Positions 55,538-64,000 of a stretch of DNA of 64,000 bases are shown one piece after another (positions within the stretch are counted from its first letter, which is position 1; each line of letters starts with the position of its first letter). Location: assembly GCA_902560075.1 (NCBI GenBank), contig CACEKE010000001.1, positions 211,207 through 275,206 on the forward strand. The letters are read 5' to 3'. Origin of the DNA: an uncultured Pelagibacteraceae bacterium. Lineage in GTDB: Bacteria > Pseudomonadota > Alphaproteobacteria > Pelagibacterales > Pelagibacteraceae. A program made the translations under genes and the position numbers. The notes under the pieces are model-generated. The model had not been told where the DNA came from. It worked only from the letters and a program-made list of their open reading frames with translations, and did not search any database.

Positions 55538-57913
55538 ATGTTAGCTAAAATTTATCAAAATAACATACTTGGCAATCCAAAATCAGTGCTCTTGATATTG
55601 GTATCAATATTATTTTTGTCTATATACTTTTCGAAAGATTTTAGACTTGATGCATCATCAGAAACTTTGTTGTTAGATGGTGATCCTGATCTAAAATATT
55701 TAAACGAAATTAATGATAGATACAATGCTCGTGAATTTTTAGTGCTTACGTATACCCCAAATGATGAAATGATATCAGACAAATCTGTAAACAACTTACT
55801 AAGTTTAAAATATAAAATTCAAAGTTTAGATTGGGTTCATAGTGTTATAACCTTACTTGATGTACCATTGCTCAATAGCACTGATGATACGTTAAGCGAA
55901 AAATTAAAAAATTTTAGTACTTTAAAAAGTGATGGTATTGACAGAGAAAGAGGTTTTAAAGAAATATTAAATAGTCCTGTATTCAAAAATTTTGTGATTA
56001 GTGAAGATGGAAAAACTTCAGGAATTATTGTTTATATCAAAAAAGACGAAAATTTAAAAAATATATTAAACTCTAAAGAATTGGAAAAATATAAAGACGA
56101 TAGAAAGAAGAAAAATCATGAAAATATTAAAGAGATTAGAAAAGTTATAAAAGATTATAGCAAAGATTCTAAAATATATTTAGGAGGAATTCCCATGATT
56201 GCTGACGATATGATGTCATTTATTAAAAATGATATTTTCATTTTTGGCATTGGTGTTTTATTATTTATTATTGCAACTTTGTGGTTTGTTTTCAAAAAAA
56301 TTGTTTGGATCATAGTTCCGCTTTCCAGTTGTATATTTTCAGTAGTTGTTATGTTAGGTATGTTGGGGTTGTTAGGTTGGAAAGTTACTGTAATTTCCTC
56401 AAACTTTATAGCTTTAATGTTAATTCTTACAATGGCTATGAATATTCACTTAAGTACAAGATTTCTTCAAATTAAAAATGAATTTCCAAACAAAAGTAAA
56501 ATTAAAATATTAGAAATTGCTACAAATAAAATGTTTTTACCAATCTTGTACACTGGATTAACTACAATTTGTGCTTTTTTATCACTGATTTTTAGTGGAA
56601 TAAAACCTGTTATTGATTTTGGCTGGATGATGACCATTGGATTAATAACATCAATGATTACAACATTTACTTTATTGCCGACATTTATAAATTTATCAAG
56701 TGATAATAATATATTTGGTTTAAAATCAGATACAAAATCAAAAATAACTAATTTTCTATCAAATTATACTTTAAAGAATAAAAATATAATTTTTGCCACT
56801 GCCACTGCAATAGTTGTGATTAGTTTATTTGGTATTTCAAAGTTACAAGTCGAAAATAGTTTTATAAATTATTTTGATAAAGACACAGAAATCTACAAGG
56901 GAATGAAACTAATTGATGAGGAATTGGGTGGAACAACACCTTTGGAGGTAATATTAAAATTTCCTAAAGAGGAAAGCCAAGAAACCAATGAAGATGACGA
57001 TTGGGGAGATGAGGATCAAGATAACAGTAAATACTGGTTTACAAAGGATAAAATTGACAAAATTGACAAAGTCCACAATTATTTAGAAAACTTGGATCAC
57101 GTAGGTAAGGTGCTCTCTTTTAGTTCTATATTAAAAGTTGCTGAAAGTTTAAATAATAATAAGCCATTAGGTGGATTAGAAATTGGAGTTTTATATACGA
57201 AACTTCCAGAAAACATTAAAAGGGAAATTGTAACACCATACGTATCCATAGATGATTCCGAAGCAAGAATTAGTTTGAGGTTAAAAGACTCAAATAAAGA
57301 TCTAAGAAGAAATGAATTAATAAAAAAAATTAATAGTGATTTAAAAAATGAAATAAAATTAAGTGATGATGAGTATAAATTGGCTGGTGTATTAATAATA
57401 TTTAATAATTTATTGCAAAGTTTATTTAAATCTCAAATTCTTACTTTAGGATTTGTAATGTTGGGAATATTTTTTATGTTTATTATTTTATTTAGAAACT
57501 TAAAACTTGCACTTATAGGTGTGATACCCAACTTTATTGCTGCATTTTTTATATTAGGAATAATTGGTTTATTTAACATTCCTTTAGATATGATGACTAT
57601 AACTATTGCTGCAATAACCATAGGAATTGCAGTTGATAACAGTATTCATTATATTTATCGATTTAAAGAGGAATTCTTGAAATCTAGTGACTATAGTAAG
57701 ACTGTAAAAACTTGTCATTCAACTGTAGGTGTAGCAATATTAAATACTTCGATCACTATTGTGTTTGGATTTTCAATTTTAGTTTTATCAAACTTTATAC
57801 CAACAATATATTTTGGAATATTTACAGGGTTAGCTATGCTTTTGGCAATGTTATTAGTTTTAACATTATTACCAAGTTTCTTAATTAGTTTTAAACCATT
57901 TAAGACAAAATAA
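55538..57913 (+). CDS. MMPL/RND-superfamily exporter (COG1033-like, 12 TM with two periplasmic loops)
   Basis: 791 aa with two blocks of about 6 TM helices, each following a large soluble loop. SSD-like TM regions are present. Confidence 0.75.
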   Translation: MLAKIYQNNILGNPKSVLLILVSILFLSIYFSKDFRLDASSETLLLDGDPDLKYLNEINDRYNAREFLVLTYTPNDEMISDKSVNNLLSLKYKIQSLDWVHSVITLLDVPLLNSTDDTLSEKLKNFSTLKSDGIDRERGFKEILNSPVFKNFVISEDGKTSGIIVYIKKDENLKNILNSKELEKYKDDRKKKNHENIKEIRKVIKDYSKDSKIYLGGIPMIADDMMSFIKNDIFIFGIGVLLFIIATLWFVFKKIVWIIVPLSSCIFSVVVMLGMLGLLGWKVTVISSNFIALMLILTMAMNIHLSTRFLQIKNEFPNKSKIKILEIATNKMFLPILYTGLTTICAFLSLIFSGIKPVIDFGWMMTIGLITSMITTFTLLPTFINLSSDNNIFGLKSDTKSKITNFLSNYTLKNKNIIFATATAIVVISLFGISKLQVENSFINYFDKDTEIYKGMKLIDEELGGTTPLEVILKFPKEESQETNEDDDWGDEDQDNSKYWFTKDKIDKIDKVHNYLENLDHVGKVLSFSSILKVAESLNNNKPLGGLEIGVLYTKLPENIKREIVTPYVSIDDSEARISLRLKDSNKDLRRNELIKKINSDLKNEIKLSDDEYKLAGVLIIFNNLLQSLFKSQILTLGFVMLGIFFMFIILFRNLKLALIGVIPNFIAAFFILGIIGLFNIPLDMMTITIAAITIGIAVDNSIHYIYRFKEEFLKSSDYSKTVKTCHSTVGVAILNTSITIVFGFSILVLSNFIPTIYFGIFTGLAMLLAMLLVLTLLPSFLISFKPFKTK

Positions 57914-57916
57914 TAA

Positions 57917-58459
57917 ATGGAAATTGTAAAAGATTTAAATGATTTAATATCATTTTTTGATTTAGCATATGTAATAATTACTATTTTATCTTTGATCAAA
58001 TGCTACAAAAATGGATTTGTTTTAAGTATCCTTTCGGCAAGTAAATGGCTTTTGGCTTATGTAATAACACTTTTTATTTTTCCAAAATTAAAACCTTATG
58101 TAAGTGGTTTTTTAGATAATGAATATATATTAGATATTCTGTTAGGAATTAGTGTTTTTACAATTATAATATTTATAATTTTACTTATTAATAAAGGTTT
58201 AAGTAAAGCTGTAAAATATACTGGATTGGGAGGTCTTGATAAAATATTTGGATTTTTTTTTGGATTCGTAAGAAGTTACATCATAGCAGTTTGTGTGTTT
58301 ACAACTATTGATATAGTTTATAATTATGAGAGATGGTCTATAAATGTTGATAAATCTATTACTTTTGTTTTTGTTGAAAAAGGTAGCAACTATCTTATAA
58401 ATGAGTTTCCAACCCAAAAAGAACAAGAAGATGCAAAAGAAAAAATTAAGGATATATAA
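57917..58459 (+). CDS. cvpA: CvpA-family membrane protein
   Basis: 180 aa with 4 TM segments. It sits in the canonical position immediately upstream of purF. Confidence 0.75.
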   Translation: MEIVKDLNDLISFFDLAYVIITILSLIKCYKNGFVLSILSASKWLLAYVITLFIFPKLKPYVSGFLDNEYILDILLGISVFTIIIFIILLINKGLSKAVKYTGLGGLDKIFGFFFGFVRSYIIAVCVFTTIDIVYNYERWSINVDKSITFVFVEKGSNYLINEFPTQKEQEDAKEKIKDI

Positions 58460-59894
58460 TCCAAAACTTAAAGAAGAGTGTGGAGTTTTTGGAATTAGCA
58501 ATACAAAGGATGCCTCAACATTAACTGCACTTGGTTTGCATGCTTTACAACACAGAGGTCAAGAGGGCTGTGGAATTGTTTCGTTTGATGGGATGAAATA
58601 CCACTCGGAAAAAAGATTTGGGTTAGTTGGAGATAATTTTAATAATGAAGAAGTGTTGAGTAAATTACCTGGTAACTATGCAATTGGTCATAACAGATAT
58701 AGTACTACTGGTGGTACAACTTTGAGGAATGTTCAACCTTTTTATGCTGATACAAATGCTGGTGGAATTGCAGTTTCTCATAATGGTAACTTAACAAATG
58801 CAATAACACTTAGAAATAAAATGGTAGAAAATGGATCAATTTTTTATACTACTTCAGATACAGAGACTATTGTAAAACTTATAGCAAAATCAAAAAGAGC
58901 AACAACCATAGATAAAATTATTGATACATTATTTCAAATTCAAGGTGGATATGCTTTAGTCATGATTGCTCAAAATACATTGATAGGTGTTAGAGACCCA
59001 CACGGAATAAGACCTTTGGTAATTGGAAAATTGAAAAATTCATACGTATTTACATCTGAAACATGTGCGTTAGATATTATTGGAGCAAAATTTATTAGAG
59101 AAGTTGAAAATGGTGAAGTTGTTTATATTGAAGATGATGAGTTAAAAAGTTTAAAACCTTTTCCTTTAAGAAAAAAAAGACCCTGCATATTTGAATATAT
59201 ATATTTTTCAAGACCTGACAGTTTATTAGATGGGATTACTGCATATGAGTATAGAAAAAAGCTCGGTGCAGAGCTCTCAAAAGAAGATAGAATAAAAGCA
59301 GATTTGGTAGTGCCTGTTCCAGACTCTGGTAATGCAGCAGCAATTGGATATAGTCAAAGTAAAAATATAAAATTTGATTTAGGACTCATAAGAAATCATT
59401 ATGTGGGCCGGACTTTCATTGAGCCTGCTCAAAAGATTAGAAGTCTTGGAGTAAAACTTAAATTAAATGCTAACAAATCATCTATTAAAAATAAAATAGT
59501 TATTTTAGTAGATGATTCATTAGTTAGAGGTACAACCTCTTATAAAATAGTGAACATGTTATATGAGGCAGGAGCGAAAGAAGTGCATTTGAGAATAGCA
59601 AGTCCGGAAATAAAATATCCAGACTTTTACGGCATAGATATGCCATCAAAAAAAGAATTACTTGCAGCAAACATGTCAGTAGATGAAATATGTCAATATG
59701 TAAAAGCAAAGTCGCTAAAGTTTCTATCAATAGATGGATTATATAAAGCAATAGGTTATGAAAAAAGAAATAATGAGTTCCCACAACTTACTGATCATTA
59801 CTTTACAGGTGATTATCCTATAAAAATTATTGATGAGTTAGGTGAAGAAAAAATTACTCAATTATCATTATTAAGCACTGGATCAAATAACTAG
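58401..59894 (+). CDS. purF: Amidophosphoribosyltransferase
   Basis: Ntn-type glutaminase motif ..EECGVFGI, plus LQHRGQEG, the PRPP loop VILVDDSLVRGTT and YGIDMP. The start is uncertain (ATG 58401 or 58431). Either way, 16-26 Lys-rich residues precede the catalytic Cys. Confidence 0.9.
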   Translation: MSFQPKKNKKMQKKKLRIYNPKLKEECGVFGISNTKDASTLTALGLHALQHRGQEGCGIVSFDGMKYHSEKRFGLVGDNFNNEEVLSKLPGNYAIGHNRYSTTGGTTLRNVQPFYADTNAGGIAVSHNGNLTNAITLRNKMVENGSIFYTTSDTETIVKLIAKSKRATTIDKIIDTLFQIQGGYALVMIAQNTLIGVRDPHGIRPLVIGKLKNSYVFTSETCALDIIGAKFIREVENGEVVYIEDDELKSLKPFPLRKKRPCIFEYIYFSRPDSLLDGITAYEYRKKLGAELSKEDRIKADLVVPVPDSGNAAAIGYSQSKNIKFDLGLIRNHYVGRTFIEPAQKIRSLGVKLKLNANKSSIKNKIVILVDDSLVRGTTSYKIVNMLYEAGAKEVHLRIASPEIKYPDFYGIDMPSKKELLAANMSVDEICQYVKAKSLKFLSIDGLYKAIGYEKRNNEFPQLTDHYFTGDYPIKIIDELGEEKITQLSLLSTGSNN

Positions 59895-59895
59895 A

Positions 59896-60453
59896 ATGAA
59901 AAAAGTTAGCTTCACAGAAATGAAAAAAGGAACTAAAGAAGACTATTTATTTTTAGACGAGCATGAACAAAAATATGTTGGTCAAACAGCTGATAGAATT
60001 ATCAAATTTATGTCTAGTTTAACTGAAACACTGGAAGGTTATCAAGTAAGTAGGTTAGAACATTCTCTACAAAGTGCTACAAGAGCATTAAGAGCTGGAG
60101 AAAGTGAGGAAATGGTAGTGGCTACATTGTTACATGATATTGGCGATGAACTGGCTCCAATGAACCACTCAGAATATGCAGCGACAATTTTAAAACCTTA
60201 TGTTTCAGAGAAAACTCATTGGATAATTGAAAAACACGGAGAATTTCAGGCTTATTATTACGCACATCATCTTGGTAAGAATAGAAATTTAAGAGACAAG
60301 TACAAAGATCATGAGTTTTATCAAGCAACAGTAGATTTTTGTGAAAAATATGATCAGTCCTCTTTTGATCCAAATTATAAGAGTTTACCATTAGATTATT
60401 TCGCACCAATGGTAAAAAAAATATTCTCTAGAAAACCATATAGTCATTTTTAA
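59896..60453 (+). CDS. HD-domain protein of the PhnZ/MIOX-like (putative diiron oxygenase) type
   Basis: 185 aa with LEHSLQSA-x20-LLHDIGD (H-x23-HD) followed by further conserved His/Asp. It resembles the phosphonate-degradation-associated HD family. It starts 1 nt after the purF stop. Confidence 0.65.
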   Translation: MKKVSFTEMKKGTKEDYLFLDEHEQKYVGQTADRIIKFMSSLTETLEGYQVSRLEHSLQSATRALRAGESEEMVVATLLHDIGDELAPMNHSEYAATILKPYVSEKTHWIIEKHGEFQAYYYAHHLGKNRNLRDKYKDHEFYQATVDFCEKYDQSSFDPNYKSLPLDYFAPMVKKIFSRKPYSHF

Positions 60454-60454
60454 T

Positions 60455-62413
60455 TTGTCAAATCAACTTAAAAATGAGAGTAGTCCATATTTAAAGCAGC
60501 ATGCAGAGAATCCTGTTGAATGGTTCGCATGGAACAAAATCTCATTAGAAAAAGCACGTAGTGAGAAAAAACCAATTTTTTTAAGTGTAGGGTATTCTAG
60601 TTGCCACTGGTGTCATGTTATGGCTCATGAAAGTTTCGAAAATATTGAAACGGCAAAAATATTAAATGAAGAATTTGTAAATATAAAAGTTGATAGAGAA
60701 GAAAGGCCCGACTTAGACAACATTTTTCAAAAGAGCTTAAGCATTTTAACTGGTGCCCAAGGGGGATGGCCCCTCTCTATGTTTCTAGATGAGAATGGAG
60801 TGCCCTTTACTGGTGGAACCTATTTTCCCCCAAAAGAAATGAATGGCAGACCTAGTTTTAATCAGGTTCTATTAAATGTTTCGAAAGTATACAAAGAAAA
60901 TCGCGATAAAATAATTTCTCAAGTCTCGCAACTTCAAATAGTTTTTAAAGATCTTCACAGAAAAAATGCGGTATTAAAGCAAGACCTAGAGCCTTATGCA
61001 GATAAAATTCTTCAGTACTTAGACGATGAAAATGGTGGATTTAAAGGTGCACCTAAATTTCCTCAGTTCTATGTTTTTCAAACATTATTTTATTTCTTTA
61101 ATAACAATAAAAATTCAAAATTTTTAAAACCAGTAGAAACTTTACTTATAAAAATTTCATCGAAAGGAATATATGACCATTTAGGTGGAGGCATATCTAG
61201 ATATACAGTTGACGAAAAATGGATTATCCCACATTTTGAAAAAATGCTGTATGACAATATTCAATATGTTATTCTATTAAGTCACTATCTTGATAGATTT
61301 AAATCAAAATATTTAGAAAATAAATTAAAACAAACTATTAAATTTATAAATACAGAATTTGTTACTGAAAATAACTTTTTAGGTTCAGCACTTGATGCAG
61401 ATAGTGAAGGTATTGAAGGAAAATATTATACGTGGAATTATAAAAATTTGATTGAAATACTTGGTGATAAATTTGATATAATTAAAAAGACTTATGATAT
61501 TTCTGAAAGTGGTAACTTTGAAGGGGTAAATATATTTTCTGAAAAAGAAAATATTAAACTTAATAGTCAAGAATTAATTGAATTAGAAATTGCAAAAGAA
61601 ATTTTAAAAAAAGAGAGAGATAAACGAATTAAACCTTTTTTTGATAATAAAGTACAAACAGATCTCAATTGTTTTTGGTTATACTCAAATCTTCTCTCTT
61701 CATTGGCAACTAATGATTTAAAACTTTATGATAATACCATTGTATTATCTAAAAAATTGTTAAAAAAACTTCATAATAATATTTATCATTGCTATGAAAA
61801 AAATAACGATGAAATAAAAGTATTTCTAGAAGATTACGTCTATTTGTGTTTATTGTTAATAACATTATATGAACTTGAAAACGACACGGAGTCATTAAAT
61901 ATTTGCCAAGAATTAATGCTTAAAGCATGGGATCTATTCTATAATACTGAATATAAACTTCTTCAAAAAAATATTGTCAAAAATAATGATTTATTCGTTA
62001 ATCCAATAGATATTTCTGACAATAATATACCCAATGGAAATAGTGTATATTTAATGGTTTGTAACAAATTAAAAAATATTACTGGTAAAAAAAATTGGAA
62101 TGATAAAATTGATACATTGAGTAAAACTTTTAATTCCTATATCAACTACAATTTTTCTCAAATGTTCAGTTTTATAAAAAATATAAGTGCTTGTGAGAAA
62201 AATATTACTATAACTTTCAATGGAGAATTTAAAAATTATAAAAATATAATAAATAAATTAAAAATAAACTATTTGAGTAATGCCTCTATAATTCATAAAG
62301 AAAATGAAAATGAATTTTTCACTGTAATTTGTCAAAATCAAACCTGTTCAAAAAAACTTAAAAATATTCAAGAAATTGAAAATTATTTAGAAAATTTGCA
62401 TAATGTTCAATAA
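60455..62413 (+). CDS. YyaL/DUF255 thioredoxin-fold plus (alpha/alpha)6-barrel protein
   Basis: 652 aa with a TTG start 1 nt after the upstream stop. The N-terminus is NESSPYLKQHAENPVEWFAW...GYSSCHWCHVM, the DUF255 signature. Confidence 0.85.
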   Translation: MSNQLKNESSPYLKQHAENPVEWFAWNKISLEKARSEKKPIFLSVGYSSCHWCHVMAHESFENIETAKILNEEFVNIKVDREERPDLDNIFQKSLSILTGAQGGWPLSMFLDENGVPFTGGTYFPPKEMNGRPSFNQVLLNVSKVYKENRDKIISQVSQLQIVFKDLHRKNAVLKQDLEPYADKILQYLDDENGGFKGAPKFPQFYVFQTLFYFFNNNKNSKFLKPVETLLIKISSKGIYDHLGGGISRYTVDEKWIIPHFEKMLYDNIQYVILLSHYLDRFKSKYLENKLKQTIKFINTEFVTENNFLGSALDADSEGIEGKYYTWNYKNLIEILGDKFDIIKKTYDISESGNFEGVNIFSEKENIKLNSQELIELEIAKEILKKERDKRIKPFFDNKVQTDLNCFWLYSNLLSSLATNDLKLYDNTIVLSKKLLKKLHNNIYHCYEKNNDEIKVFLEDYVYLCLLLITLYELENDTESLNICQELMLKAWDLFYNTEYKLLQKNIVKNNDLFVNPIDISDNNIPNGNSVYLMVCNKLKNITGKKNWNDKIDTLSKTFNSYINYNFSQMFSFIKNISACEKNITITFNGEFKNYKNIINKLKINYLSNASIIHKENENEFFTVICQNQTCSKKLKNIQEIENYLENLHNVQ

Positions 62414-63281
62414 GCTTCCTAATCAACAAAAAGGATCCTTTTTGGCTTTTGTTGGCGTTATGTTTATTACTCCAGATTCTTTATTTATAAGATTGTCAAA
62501 TATTGATACTTGGTCTCTTCTTTTCTATAGAGGCGCAATACCCTTCGTTGTTGTATTGATAGGACTTATTTTGTTTTATAAAAAAAATTTTTTTAATGCA
62601 TTATTTAAAATTGGTCTAGCTGGTATTTTTTATGTGATTAGCTTTTCTATTTGTAATATAACTTTTATTATCTCAATTCAAAATACTAACGTAGCTAATA
62701 CCCTGATCATGGTGGCAATGGCACCAATGTTGTCTGCAATATTAGCAGCAATTTTTTTAAAAGAACCAACCAATAAGGAAACTTGGGTAGCAATTTTTGT
62801 AACATTTTTTTCTGTTACATTTATATTTTATGACTCAATACAAATTGGAAATATAGTTGGTGATTTATTTGGTTTTGTAACCGCGCTTGGTCTAGCTATA
62901 AATGCAAATCTCGCAAGGTTTGCTAAAGATAGAGATTTAGTACCATCAGCAGTTATAGGAAAACTAGTTGTTGCAATATTTGCTTTCTTTTTTGTTGAAA
63001 ATTTTGACCTAGTGGCAGCAGACAAAATAATAGTTCCTTTGATGTGTATAATGTGTGTGGCTATTCCTTTTGTATTAGTAACAATAGCCCCAAGATATAT
63101 TTCTGCACCAGAGGTGAATTTATTCTTCCTATTGGAAGTTATACTTGGGCCAATTTGGGTATGGCTTATAATTAAAGAACAACCAAGTGTTCAAACAATA
63201 ATTGGTGGTATAGTTATAATTATTACAATTGCTTTACATTCATTTTTGGCCTTAAAAAAAACACAAATCAAATCTACTTAG
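62403..63281 (+). CDS. EamA/DMT-superfamily transporter
   Basis: 292 aa with 10 TM segments in two EamA halves. It overlaps the yyaL-like gene by 11 nt. Confidence 0.75.
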   Translation: MFNKLPNQQKGSFLAFVGVMFITPDSLFIRLSNIDTWSLLFYRGAIPFVVVLIGLILFYKKNFFNALFKIGLAGIFYVISFSICNITFIISIQNTNVANTLIMVAMAPMLSAILAAIFLKEPTNKETWVAIFVTFFSVTFIFYDSIQIGNIVGDLFGFVTALGLAINANLARFAKDRDLVPSAVIGKLVVAIFAFFFVENFDLVAADKIIVPLMCIMCVAIPFVLVTIAPRYISAPEVNLFFLLEVILGPIWVWLIIKEQPSVQTIIGGIVIIITIALHSFLALKKTQIKST

Positions 63282-63311
63282 CCTCAAAATAAATTATATT
63301 TACTTTTATAG

Positions 63312-64000
63312 ATGCAAAAAGAAGTTAAAAAATCCTGGGCATTATTCATAGGAATTGGAACTATGATGATTGCACATGGTCTACAATTACAAGTGATGGG
63401 AATTAGGTCTGTAATTGAGAATTTTAGCGTTATAACAACTGGTATTTTTATGTCAGGATATTACATAGGTTATTTTGTAGGATCAAAAACAACGCCTAAG
63501 TTAGTATCAAAAGTTGGTCATATAAGAGTTTTTGCTGCATTTGCATCTCTTGCATCATTAAGTGCTTTATTAGCTGTTGCATACGTCAATCCATTTATGT
63601 GGACTATAAGTAGATTTATCACAGGCATAAGTTTAGTTAGTTGCTACATTGTAAGCGAAAGTTGGTTAAATGATAGAGCAACTAATAAAAATAGAGGTCA
63701 GCTATTATCAGCTTATATGATTATAATTTATTTAGGTCTCTCAATTGGTATGTTGCTTCTAAACGTTAGTGATCCAATTAATTATGAGCCTTTTATTTTA
63801 GTTTCGGTTTTATTATCTTTAGCTTTAGTTCCTATTCTGCTTACAAAAAGATCAGCACCAAAATTTAAAAAGATTGGAACCATGAATATACTAGAGTTAT
63901 ATAAAATCTCCCCATTAGGAAGTGTAAGTTCTTTTTGCACAGGAATTATTCATGGAGGTTTTTTTTCTTTAATCGCTTTTTATGCAACTAAAGCAAATTT
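63312..64000 (+). CDS. MFS-type transporter (5' part; runs off the window)
   Basis: An open frame from ATG 63312 is not in the supplied track because no stop is reached. It reads MQKEVKKSWALFIGIGTMMIAHGLQLQVMG...SESWLNDRATNKNRGQLLSAYMII, with multiple TM helices and an MFS-like loop motif. Confidence 0.65.
   Translation, partial: MQKEVKKSWALFIGIGTMMIAHGLQLQVMGIRSVIENFSVITTGIFMSGYYIGYFVGSKTTPKLVSKVGHIRVFAAFASLASLSALLAVAYVNPFMWTISRFITGISLVSCYIVSESWLNDRATNKNRGQLLSAYMIIIYLGLSIGMLLLNVSDPINYEPFILVSVLLSLALVPILLTKRSAPKFKKIGTMNILELYKISPLGSVSSFCTGIIHGGFFSLIAFYATKAN

Noticed and set aside
1-64000. A search for tRNA, rRNA, CRISPR repeats, IS elements, integrases, toxin-antitoxin pairs or defence-island genes.
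   Set aside because: Every gap longer than 70 bp is AT-rich without tRNA-like GC stems: 4263-4363, 8125-8199, 10469-10585, 12860-12993, 20562-20699, 35100-35204, 52871-52958 and 54024-54095. No regularly spaced direct repeats were seen. No ORF resembles a transposase, recombinase, nuclease-helicase defence protein or small toxin.

Overview
This is a very AT-rich, extremely gene-dense chromosomal segment. Intergenic DNA is minimal and many neighbouring genes share 1-4 nt start/stop overlaps. Composition plus alphaproteobacterial signatures point to a streamlined marine alphaproteobacterium of the SAR11/Pelagibacterales type; this is inference, no database was searched. The signatures are an NDUFA12-like/DUF2155-like pair, an hdaA-like gene next to purMN, RNase E with an S1-domain insertion, and PurF with an N-terminal extension ending ..EECGVFG.

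I call about 65 protein-coding genes. I see no rRNA, tRNA, CRISPR array, transposase, integrase or phage genes.

Gene content from left to right:
- A sugar/cyclitol-type locus: HpcH aldolase, 2-hydroxyacid dehydrogenase, a small pilin-like ORF, IolE-like and IolG-like genes, an FrcBCA-like ABC importer and a DMT transporter.
- GYD, DUF779 and aldehyde dehydrogenase, then homocysteine S-methyltransferase, a YbaK-like gene and glnA.
- A complete Rrf2-sufBCDS-sufU-sufT-sufA operon, then anmK and tyrS.
- An AsmA-like protein, prfB (programmed +1 frameshift), mrcA and rne.
- thiSG, aroQ-accBC, and an NDUFA12-like/DUF2155-like pair.
- A stand-alone NrdJ-C-terminal-like protein, aspS, an hdaA-like gene, a DUF2066-position gene, purMN, ndk and pepA.
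- lptF-lptG-lptD-surA-pdxA-rsmA, then gmk-acpP-fabG-fabD, rpsF-rpsR-rplI and dnaB.
- An MMPL/RND exporter, cvpA-purF, an HD-domain (PhnZ/MIOX-like) protein, a YyaL-like protein, a DMT transporter and a partial MFS transporter.

Most of this is core housekeeping. I did not find a convincing novel multi-gene system such as a defence island. The items most worth follow-up are:
- The orphan NrdJ-fragment-like protein, with an 18-bp perfect palindrome in its upstream region.
- The degenerate pilin-like ORF translationally coupled into a catabolic operon.
- The incomplete, non-canonical IolG/IolE locus.
- The orphan HD-domain oxygenase-like gene packed behind purF.
- A GC-rich hairpin covering the DUF779 start region.
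- Head-to-head start codons sharing the tetranucleotide CATG.
- All 11 convergent gene junctions overlap or are at most 6 nt apart.
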